The notes beneath the pieces are model-generated. The model saw only the letters and a list, made by a program, of their open reading frames with translations, was not told the DNA's origin and did not search any database. A DNA stretch of 64,000 nt, from the IMG/VR virus record IMGVR_UViG_3300046047_000262. The stretch is one strand, 5' to 3'. Position 1 is the first letter of the stretch. Every line of letters begins with the position of its first letter. This document shows positions 27,874-36,267 of this stretch, piece after piece. Made by a program: the position numbers and the translations under genes. This stretch comes from a virus.

Positions 27874-28008
27874 TGAGAACAAGATGTACGAGGAATCGAA
27901 CCTCGGTCGCCGACCCTGGCAATGAAGGAGTCGAACCTTCCACAGGATGGGTCTAACATCCTGTCTGACCTACCATAACAGTCAGCATACATCTCAACAT
28001 TGTTCTCA
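27874..28008 (-). ncRNA. Putative tRNA-like RNA with two T arms
   Basis: Acceptor AGATGTA/TACATCT encloses a D-like arm, an 8-bp arm, a T arm, a small hairpin and a second T arm. Confidence 0.55.
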
Positions 28009-28018
28009 CATGTCATCG

Positions 28019-28107
28019 CTGGTCTAGCAGGAATCGAACCTGCGATACCCTTTTACGGGATTCTGACGCATTAACAGTGCGTTGGCATGCCGCTTGCCGA
28101 TAGACCA
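28019..28107 (-). tRNA. tRNA-Asn(GTT) with long variable arm
   Basis: Loop CTGTTAA; G73; about 22-nt variable region containing CCC-GTAAAA-GGG. Confidence 0.8.
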
Positions 28108-28423
28108 ATAAGTACGGGATCTTACCGTTCCTCAATGATACTCTTCTCAATACCATTAACCATGTATACCTGCGATAATAGGAGTTAATCACTGTAAGCA
28201 TTTGATGCTTCGGATATGTTCCATAGTGTATGCGATGTGTCCTACGCGAGATGCAGCATAGATGCACGGTTCACATAGATTATCGGACAAGCCATACTCC
28301 GTTAATCGTATTGATGAGATATGACAAGGTGGTCACAGGGCACCTACACCTCGTCATTGCACGCGGTTATCAATGATAACCATGTAAGCCATTGGTGTCC
28401 CTTAGCTTACATTATGCGTACCG

Positions 28424-28494
28424 TGCTCCCACGGGGAATCGAACCCCGATTTACTGATTAAGAGTCAGCAGTTCTACCGTTGAACTATAGAAGC
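28424..28494 (-). tRNA. tRNA-Lys(CTT)
   Basis: Loop CTCTTAA. Confidence 0.92.
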
Positions 28495-28695
28495 AAAAAC
28501 CCGTATGACCCTTTGAGGGTAACTCACTCTCAAACTAGAATGGGTCATACGGGAAAATCACCAAACAAAGGAGAAGGATCGAACCTTTCCTAGCAAAAAC
28601 CGTATGACCGTTTGAGGACAACTCGCTCTCAAACTGGAAATGGGTCATATGGTAAATAATACGCTAACAAAGGAGTACTGTGCCTTGCCCTAGCA
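28493..28695. repeat. Two tandem diverged copies of a ~100-nt structured unit
   Basis: Each copy: GCAAAAAC-CGTATGACC-TTTGAG..CTCTCAAACT..GGGTCATAYGG..ACAAAGGAG..CCTAG. Confidence 0.8.
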
Positions 28696-28736
28696 TACCA
28701 AACCGCATATGCTTCTGCCGTATTGCTACGACATAG

Positions 28737-28807
28737 CTCCCCGAGAAAGAATCGAACTTTCATTAAATGATTAACAGTCATCCGTTCTGCCCTTGAACTA
28801 CCGGGGA
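28737..28807 (-). tRNA. tRNA-Asn(GTT)
   Basis: Loop CTGTTAA. Confidence 0.92.
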
Positions 28808-29310
28808 ATAAAGATGCCGGTGATAACGCTCACCGGCGGGCGGCATGGTTGATACCTTGATGAGATCATGCTGTTCTCATCATTGGTCAGGATCATTCGT
28901 CCTGATTGGTCAGCTCTCATGCCATCATGATGACTGGTATGATTGCGTATGTGATTCATCTGAAGAAACTTTTTTAATGACTACGGGCCGTCAGTGTTTC
29001 ATGAATGACGTTGGTGTCCCGCTCATGGGTTATCATCGCGTGCTCGGAATACAATGTAATCCTCGTCAGGTGTTGCCACCATCGGTTGTAAGGGCGATGT
29101 CTTCCCCATGCTCGATCCTGTGTTCAGGCGCTCCGTCACGTGCTCACATGGTGACCAAACACGATAATTCTTTAACATTCCGGTATCGTGACCGTCGCAT
29201 ACATCTCCCGCAGTAATGAACTGCCATCCTCGTTAAGTTATGTGACCATCCTATCGTGACTTGCCTTGGTTGTCAACCTCGGCGTGTCGCGATGACCTCG
29301 ATGATCATCG

Positions 29311-29384
29311 TCGGCTATGTCAGATTCGAACTGACGGTCTCCTGCTCCCAAAGCAGGCGGATTACCAAGCTTTCCTAATAGCCG
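29311..29384 (-). tRNA. tRNA-Pro(TGG)
   Basis: Loop TTTGGGA; C1-G72. Confidence 0.92.
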
Positions 29385-29460
29385 TTATCTTTTCAATTTT
29401 TGTTTCCGATGAACCAGTGTATCATAATCTTTCGATTACGCAACATCGGCGTGTCGGTCG

Positions 29461-29532
29461 TCGGAATGGACTGGTTCGAACAGTCGTTCTCCTGCACCCG
29501 AAGCAGGCGGATTACCACTTTCCTACATCCCG
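29461..29532 (-). tRNA. tRNA-Pro(CGG)
   Basis: Loop TTCGGGT. Confidence 0.92.
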
Positions 29533-29552
29533 TTACATTCTTCAATTATACA

Positions 29553-29756
29553 CTGAGCCCCGAATCCTTTAAGGGTCCGGGGCTCAGAACATCTGATGTG
29601 TAATCACACTTACACGATAAGCCCCACTCTCATGGGATAACCGAAATCTTGAATTGTATTATTCTGCAAGGACCATGACACTGGTTTCAGACATGGGAGC
29701 ATGGCTGAACGCTTAATGTCATTACGATGTATCATACTTGATTGTAACGATCTCAT
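29553..29756 (-). promoter_or_regulatory. Putative attenuator: 48-aa leader ORF (29610-29756) plus GC-rich hairpin (29553-29587)
   Basis: SD GAAGGAG; hairpin CTGAGCCCCGGACCCTT/AAGGATTCGGGGCTCAG; the leader's GGGGCTTA can pair with the hairpin's left arm TGAGCCCC. Confidence 0.55.
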
Positions 29757-29794
29757 AGCCAACTCCTTCCTTCATGTCCACTTGCCTGATACTT

Positions 29795-29903
29795 ATTGTA
29801 CCACACAATATCAACGTTTGCAAAACAATCTAACAAATTCTTTTTTTCAACTCGTACTGATGAGCTTGTAATATCACTATACCACATAATATCAGTATGT
29901 CAA
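29795..29903 (-). promoter_or_regulatory. Tandem sigma70-type promoters of the tRNA operon
   Basis: TTGACA-16 bp-TATAGT and TTGCAA-17 bp-TACAAT, both TG-extended, in a duplicated ~80-bp unit. Confidence 0.7.
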
Positions 29904-29972
29904 AACAATATCACCATTATTTTTCGATTATTCTGATAACACCCGATAACCATTGGTATACCAGCGTTCCCA

Positions 29973-31094
29973 TCATCTCTGTAACATGACTATGGTCTTC
30001 AATACCGCGAGTTCAAGGAACGGTTTGCCATCAGGTGCCCACACCATGTTCTGCATCGCCTCACCAAGGAACCCGAATGCTCTGACCAGTTTCTCATTAC
30101 CCGTGTCCTGAGCGATCTTCCTGTGGTTCTTGAATAACAGCATATCATTCTCGCTTTCCTCATTATTCGCAAGGAACAGCATGCTCCTGGTATCGTTGAG
30201 CAGATTCTGAATGAGCGTCTTGGGATCATCCCCGTCCACAATGGCATCATTGATGACCTTGAATGCGTTGATGACATCACGCTGCTCATATACCGCCCTG
30301 GTCAGATCGATACTATGATTGACTGGGATCTCACCAGTGGACAGGATGCGTTCCAATGTGGACAATGTTTCCCTTACGGAACCACCGCTTGAACTGACAC
30401 CACCGGCTTTGATGACTTGTAGTATCTGGTTCTTCGATATCCTGTGATCCTTTACCAGATCGGTCGCATCCTCTTTGGATATGCCGTACCCTTCGGATTT
30501 GCATACATTCATACACAGGTTACCAAGATCCTTGACCGATACCAGATGGAACGCCCTGTTCTGGATTCTTGATGTCAATGTCGTCGGCATGGCGTTGACA
30601 TTCGTGGTACACATGATGAACAACGAGTTCACATGCTCATCCTCCAACGGTATCAGTAATGAATCGTAAGCGATCTTCGATAGGTTATGCACCTCATCGA
30701 GAATCCATACTGGTCTATTGACGCCATCGGCGGCTCGTCGTGACTGATCGACGATTCTACGGACATCCTCCACTGAACCGTTATTCGCCATGGATAGGTA
30801 ATGGACACCAAGATTGGTTCCATCATCGATACTGGTGCATACATCACATACGTTACATGGTTCACCATCATCGGTGAGATGTTGACAGTTCACTGCTTTC
30901 GACATGATCTTCGCCACACTGGTCTTACCCGTTCCACGGGGTCCTGCGAAGATGTACGCATCCGCAAGCCTGTGATTGATCACGGCGTTCCTGAGATCAT
31001 TGACGACAGCATCCTGTCCTATGACTTGGCTCCATGTCCGAGGACGATACTTCTTGTATAGTTCGATATGTTTAGTGTTATCATTTGTGGTCAT
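29973..31094 (-). CDS. dnaX: DNA polymerase III subunit gamma/tau
   Basis: LYKKYRPRTW..VIGQ, GPRGTGKTS, PCNVCDVC, ILDEVH. Confidence 0.92.
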   Translation of the reverse strand: MTTNDNTKHIELYKKYRPRTWSQVIGQDAVVNDLRNAVINHRLADAYIFAGPRGTGKTSVAKIMSKAVNCQHLTDDGEPCNVCDVCTSIDDGTNLGVHYLSMANNGSVEDVRRIVDQSRRAADGVNRPVWILDEVHNLSKIAYDSLLIPLEDEHVNSLFIMCTTNVNAMPTTLTSRIQNRAFHLVSVKDLGNLCMNVCKSEGYGISKEDATDLVKDHRISKNQILQVIKAGGVSSSGGSVRETLSTLERILSTGEIPVNHSIDLTRAVYEQRDVINAFKVINDAIVDGDDPKTLIQNLLNDTRSMLFLANNEESENDMLLFKNHRKIAQDTGNEKLVRAFGFLGEAMQNMVWAPDGKPFLELAVLKTIVMLQR

Positions 31095-31277
31095 ACCATC
31101 ATGATACCCGTATTCCTACGATCCGCGAGATAAGCGGTAATATCGATTATCAGCACTGTTATGGTCGTTTGCGTACAGTCACCCATAACCAGTGTTTTCT
31201 CACGACTTTTTATTGAACTATGTACAGAATGAATGTATATACTAGCATTCTGTACATAGTCGATTCTCAGCGTGGGT

Positions 31278-33467
31278 TCATAATGTCATCATGTTGAAAT
31301 CATCGGGTGAGATCACGGGTACTCCGAGTTTCAGTGCTTTCTTGATCTTCGATGAGGATGATGACGGGTCACCGATCATGTAATCGGTATCCTTATTCGG
31401 TGCGGATTGGGCGATCCCACCCATGGATTCGATGTGCTCCTGCCATGTTGTTCTATTAGCATACCCTTCAGGAACACTCCCTGATATGGAGAACCTCTTA
31501 CCAGTGATCGCATTATCCTGCGTACTGGGTTCCTCGGCTTCCGCATCATCGTTCTCATCATGGTCATCCATGCGTAATCCAGTATCCTTGAGCCTGTCGA
31601 TGAGTGTCTTATGCGAATCCAAGCCCACGATGATGTTATGTGCACGGATGGGGCCGATGCCATCTATTGATGACAGTTCGTCCTCACTGGTTCCAGCTAT
31701 CTCATCTATACTATGGTAATGCTTGGCGAGTAGACGAGATGTCCTCAATCCTAGATCCTTGATCGCTAACGCCGCCATGACCTTATAATACGGAAGTTCC
31801 TTGCTTGCATTGATGTATCCGATGATATGACGAGCATTCTGCACACCTATATGCCGCTCGGTGCCCTTATCGGTTGTTCCCAGCGATGTGTTAGCTAGGT
31901 CTTGTTCAGTGAGATCATAGAAATCAGCGATATCATTGACTTTACCTGAAGCATGTAACGCATCAAGGTACTTAATGGACATACCATCGAAGTTCAGGAG
32001 CTTCTTACTGACCGCAGCTCTGAGAACATAAGCGTTCTTACTTGGGCAATCAGGATTATTACAATACGTGAGTTTATCACCCGCATCGAGCTTACTACCG
32101 CATGATGGGCAAACCGTTGGCGGCGTAATCCTTGGTGATTGATCGTCAGAATACACGATTCCCTTGAAATACGGGATGACATCATTAGCCTTCTCCACGA
32201 TGGCTATGGACCCGATCCTGATATCATACGCATTCATAGTACCCGTATTATGAAGTGTTGCATTACTATTGATGCTTCCACCGAATTCAGTGGGTTCATA
32301 ATTCAGTACCGGCGTGATCCGCCCTGTTTTACCTACCGTCCATTCCACTCCTGTTATTTTCACGCGAGCCTTGGCTCCAGGGTACTTGAATGCTATCTGT
32401 GATAACGGGTGCTCATTGTTAGAACCGAGTTTCTCATCCATCTCTCGTTCGTTCACAGGTTTGATGACGATACCGTCAGTAGGGATATCAAGCAATGGCC
32501 GTACTGGTCCGAACATATCCACGATGCTCATGGTTTTGTCAATAAGATCATCACCTTCCACGGTAAGTGATGATGGGCAAGGATCGTTAGTGGCGTTCCA
32601 TTCACGGGTAGTTGCATCAGTGATCGTATCTATTCCCGCTTCATGAAGCTGGGCTTCAGTGGCATCGCCGACGATCTTATACAGGATGAATGATAACCGT
32701 GCGTTGTACCCGAGTCCTTTCGCGGCTTTCCTGATGATGCCGGCGTTCGCGTTCCTGTAATTGGAGAATCGAGAGCCTGTTGCCTTCATCCTGTTATCAT
32801 CGGCATCCCTGTAGTCAGATGGTCTAAGGAACAGTTCACCGCGTACTTCCACGCTTATGGGATGGCTAAGGTGCCCTGGCAGTCCTTGGATCGTGATTTC
32901 GTTTGAACTGATCAGATATGATACATCCTCACCATCAGTACCGTTACCACGTGTGGACATGGATGACAGGATGCCATCATGGTATACCGCCGAGCACGCG
33001 ATACCGTCAAGTTTGGCTTGGAGTTTGAATCCTGTAGCACCCGCTTTGACCATTCTGTTCAAGTAGTTCTCCACGGCATCGCGTGTTTTGGCTTTTTCCA
33101 ATGACAACATGGGTACATCATGATGAACATGTTGTACTGTCGGTGTCACTGTGGTACCTGCTGCGACCGCGCCTTCAAGCAGATCGTGGAGTTCAGGATC
33201 ATTGATCGCATACCGTTTGCTCAAGGTTCTCAGGTACTCTATGCTTTCATCGTATTCCTCATCGGTCATTCCTGAATCACCGAGTTCCTGGTAGTACGCT
33301 TTAGCAGCGGTCATGAGTGATGATTTCAGTGTATTGATGGTGTCCAGATCATCATGGTAATGAGCTATCATATCCTGTTCGTCACCATGAGGGTAATCTC
33401 GGTATTCGCAATCCTCGGGTGTTGCCGCGTAACATGATGCTACACCTTGAGGTGTGATATGGAACAT
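31278..33467 (-). CDS. ligA: NAD-dependent DNA ligase with extra N-terminal Cys/His motif
   Basis: PMLSL, KLDG, TRGNG..GED, EVRGE, TDGIVIK, OB fold, C4 zinc finger, HhH, BRCT. Confidence 0.95.
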   Translation of the reverse strand: MFHITPQGVASCYAATPEDCEYRDYPHGDEQDMIAHYHDDLDTINTLKSSLMTAAKAYYQELGDSGMTDEEYDESIEYLRTLSKRYAINDPELHDLLEGAVAAGTTVTPTVQHVHHDVPMLSLEKAKTRDAVENYLNRMVKAGATGFKLQAKLDGIACSAVYHDGILSSMSTRGNGTDGEDVSYLISSNEITIQGLPGHLSHPISVEVRGELFLRPSDYRDADDNRMKATGSRFSNYRNANAGIIRKAAKGLGYNARLSFILYKIVGDATEAQLHEAGIDTITDATTREWNATNDPCPSSLTVEGDDLIDKTMSIVDMFGPVRPLLDIPTDGIVIKPVNEREMDEKLGSNNEHPLSQIAFKYPGAKARVKITGVEWTVGKTGRITPVLNYEPTEFGGSINSNATLHNTGTMNAYDIRIGSIAIVEKANDVIPYFKGIVYSDDQSPRITPPTVCPSCGSKLDAGDKLTYCNNPDCPSKNAYVLRAAVSKKLLNFDGMSIKYLDALHASGKVNDIADFYDLTEQDLANTSLGTTDKGTERHIGVQNARHIIGYINASKELPYYKVMAALAIKDLGLRTSRLLAKHYHSIDEIAGTSEDELSSIDGIGPIRAHNIIVGLDSHKTLIDRLKDTGLRMDDHDENDDAEAEEPSTQDNAITGKRFSISGSVPEGYANRTTWQEHIESMGGIAQSAPNKDTDYMIGDPSSSSSKIKKALKLGVPVISPDDFNMMTL

Positions 33468-33544
33468 TATTGATCTTCTTCTTTCCTGTTTTCAGATTAC
33501 CCTGTCAATGGTACCTGATTAGTTTCAATCAATATTGTATCATA

Positions 33545-34495
33545 TTATTTGTTTGGACCGATACCATTATCAATCAGTTTCTTCTTCATTTTCTTGTGGG
33601 CTGATGTCAGCGTCCTGTTGAATGTCTTCCTATCCATGTCCATGATTTCGCGGGCTTCGGCGTTGGTGATTCGTTTCTCGCCTTTCTCGGTCATCCTTCC
33701 AGGACCGTATACTAATCCAAGGATCTTCTTCTCATCATCGGTGAGATCGATCATGGCTTCGGCTATGGCCTTGCTGACGGCATTGCCTTCAATGATGTGG
33801 GATGGATCGAGGTCTCCCTGATTACCGAATGTTGTAATCGCATCATCAGTTGGATTGATAATTTCGAGCAAGGATGAGTTACTGCCGTCATCATTGAATG
33901 CGGGTCCTTCCAATGAGAATGACATGGAGTTGAACATCATCATCTTATTATATTCAGCCTCATCAATCTTCTCGGATATAAGGATACCGTTCATGACTTC
34001 AGGTGTTATGGTTATACCTTTGTTCTTAGCCGCGGCGAGCTTATGGTTGATCGAGATGAGTTTTTCCACTTTCGACCTAGGGAACTTTGCCACTTTCGAG
34101 ATGTCATGACCATGACGTTGAATGTAATGGAATATCCATTTGGTGGCGTACGTGGAGAACTTGAATCCCCTGTCAGGATCGTATGTCTGCAATGCTCTGG
34201 CCATACCAGCCATGCCTTCGCTGATGAAGTCCTCCTCATCAACACCTACAGGGCAATCCTTATACATTCTGTGTGCCATTTTGAACACCAGCTTACGATT
34301 GGCATACGCGAGAAGGTTCGCGGCCTTCCTGCCATCCGCGAGTTCCTCCGGTGTAGCATCATCCGATCTGGATGCTTTGAGCAATCTGCCAAGGAACAAT
34401 TCCTCTTGCAGATTGAAAAACTCGTTACTGTAACCTTTAATGGTAAGCTCTTGTAGTGTTATCACGCTTTCGTTGCTTTCTGTCATCGTATCCAT
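33545..34495 (-). CDS. RNA polymerase sigma-70 family factor
   Basis: ANRKLV..DFISEG..G..A..YDPDRGFKFSTYATKWI; region 4 HTH. Confidence 0.9.
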   Translation of the reverse strand: MDTMTESNESVITLQELTIKGYSNEFFNLQEELFLGRLLKASRSDDATPEELADGRKAANLLAYANRKLVFKMAHRMYKDCPVGVDEEDFISEGMAGMARALQTYDPDRGFKFSTYATKWIFHYIQRHGHDISKVAKFPRSKVEKLISINHKLAAAKNKGITITPEVMNGILISEKIDEAEYNKMMMFNSMSFSLEGPAFNDDGSNSSLLEIINPTDDAITTFGNQGDLDPSHIIEGNAVSKAIAEAMIDLTDDEKKILGLVYGPGRMTEKGEKRITNAEAREIMDMDRKTFNRTLTSAHKKMKKKLIDNGIGPNK

Positions 34496-34559
34496 ATATA
34501 ATATTATGAATCATAAAAACGATTCCGCGAGAATCGCGTTAAGGAACGGTGAGTATCAA

Positions 34560-35234
34560 TCAACGAATCGAAGCGTACCCCAGCTCCTTGAACGCATTGG
34601 CTTCATCAGTAGACATGGCATCATATTTAGGGACGTAATTAGACCTCATTGATGCCGATGCGTGCTGTTCATCATTATTCGGATCCACCATGATAGATAC
34701 GACGGGTTCCCCATCAGGTTGCCTACCATCAATACCATTGATACCCATCCAGATGCTCGTATCACTACTGGTGTCATCCTTCATCCCAAGAACCCTGTCA
34801 GCCACGACTTCGATCTTCACGCCGTTATCGACAAGTTTCCTTGCACCTGCGATCAGGCTTGGTTGTGCTTTGAATGATGAGAGAGGACCGTCGGCGGCTT
34901 CACTCATGGTCTGCGTGTAAGCGTCCTCGTCATCATGGAACCATGCGTGCTTGATGTCATCAGTGTCAACATCATCAAGCTGATCGGCGTCGAAACCCAT
35001 CTTATCGATCATGAATGATCGCATGGATTCGGATATGGAGTATGAATCCCTGTTGAAATCAACCGCGGTGAACTCATCCTTATGCTTGTTCAAGTATGAT
35101 ATGTACGCTTTGGCTTCTTTGGAATTGGCTCGATGATCGAAATGCGGGCATCTTCCGGCACCGGGATGCTTTGCTCTGCACACGGTAGTTGAGAACGTCC
35201 CATCGGCATTATGTATGATACCCATTCTACGCAT
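34560..35234 (-). CDS. Hypothetical protein with N-terminal Cys/His motif
   Basis: HNADGTFSTTVCRAKHPGAGRCPHFDH; SD AAGGAGG. Confidence 0.7.
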   Translation of the reverse strand: MRRMGIIHNADGTFSTTVCRAKHPGAGRCPHFDHRANSKEAKAYISYLNKHKDEFTAVDFNRDSYSISESMRSFMIDKMGFDADQLDDVDTDDIKHAWFHDDEDAYTQTMSEAADGPLSSFKAQPSLIAGARKLVDNGVKIEVVADRVLGMKDDTSSDTSIWMGINGIDGRQPDGEPVVSIMVDPNNDEQHASASMRSNYVPKYDAMSTDEANAFKELGYASIR

Positions 35235-35304
35235 CTGTTTCCTCCTTTAAGTTCATTACTGTAATATATCTAACAATGCTAGGTCGATCACTGGTTATCA
35301 GGGT

Positions 35305-36195
35305 TCATAATGCCATGACTATCACGAAGATACTAATGATGATGATAACAGTGAACACGGGAATGAACACGAAGTTCTCAATGAGACCGCCTGCTTTTAT
35401 CGGCAGTATTCTGATGTTATACCAGCATTTACCCCTGATAGGAATAGGAGCGAGTATAGGATCACCCTGCGTGGTCAGGCAATCACCGAGTTCATGTATC
35501 AACCATCCGATACCGAATCCCACTCCCATCATTGTGTAATCAGTGTTATCAGGTAGCATGGATATCAGCATCCATACGACACCTATGGAGAACAATGTCG
35601 GAATGACCGTTGATAACACGGGGCCTGCACTTGATTTCATCTGTCTGAGAATCGGTTTAGCCAGTACTGACAATGCGATATGCGAAGCAATGAACGCTAT
35701 GATGATCGCGAACGTCTTACCAGTAATAGTGAACCCCGAGATCGGTATATTGATCTTATCGGAGCATAGGAACGTAGCACCAGCGCCGAACAGGAATGCG
35801 GCTAATGCCGTATGGTAGAATCCACGATGGGCTTCCTCAAGATCCTTATCGTATTTGGTGTGAACCAATGTCTTCAGTATAGGTGCTGTCACCCTCATGA
35901 ACATTGATATGCCCTTACCAATGAACCCCAGTGATGATTTCGCTGATGACTGAGTGTTATCGAGATCCGGCATCAACGCACCACCAGCTATGACCAGAAC
36001 CAATAATACGAGTACAATAATGCTCTTCGTATGGAATACCTGCTCATACCAGGCTTCCTTGAACGCGAACACCGCTAGGACAGCCGCCACAGCGGATAGA
36101 GCATGCGTGGTGCCCATGAACCCTGATTCATCAGCTAGTCGTTCACGTAACCTAGTCATCACGACATGCTTCCTAATAGTATCGATCATATTCAT
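35305..36195 (-). CDS. YdjM-like inner-membrane metal-dependent hydrolase
   Basis: MGTTH, GALMPDLD, HRGFYHT, HELGDCLT..G; multiple TM helices. Confidence 0.85.
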   Translation of the reverse strand: MNMIDTIRKHVVMTRLRERLADESGFMGTTHALSAVAAVLAVFAFKEAWYEQVFHTKSIIVLVLLVLVIAGGALMPDLDNTQSSAKSSLGFIGKGISMFMRVTAPILKTLVHTKYDKDLEEAHRGFYHTALAAFLFGAGATFLCSDKINIPISGFTITGKTFAIIIAFIASHIALSVLAKPILRQMKSSAGPVLSTVIPTLFSIGVVWMLISMLPDNTDYTMMGVGFGIGWLIHELGDCLTTQGDPILAPIPIRGKCWYNIRILPIKAGGLIENFVFIPVFTVIIIISIFVIVMAL

Positions 36196-36267
36196 TGAAT
36201 ATCAAGAAACCCCGAGTATTTTTTATAATGTATACTCGGGGTTTCTTGTGATACCACTAGGATGGCA

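Noticed and set aside
28493-28695. CRISPR array
   Set aside because: Only two long diverged units, no short identical repeats with unique spacers, and no cas genes in the window.
29040-29080. Possible hammerhead core CTGACGAG on the minus strand
   Set aside because: The required GAAA after stem II is absent (CGAGC instead).
17550-29532. Stop-codon recoding or suppressor tRNAs (CTA, TCA, TTA anticodons)
   Set aside because: No tRNA with such an anticodon was read, and long genes translate cleanly in code 11 using all three stops.
18393-29603. Many 60-120-aa ORFs from the track inside the tRNA array
   Set aside because: They overlap tRNA, rnpB or other structured RNA genes, lack SD sequences and protein-like composition, and are most likely spurious.
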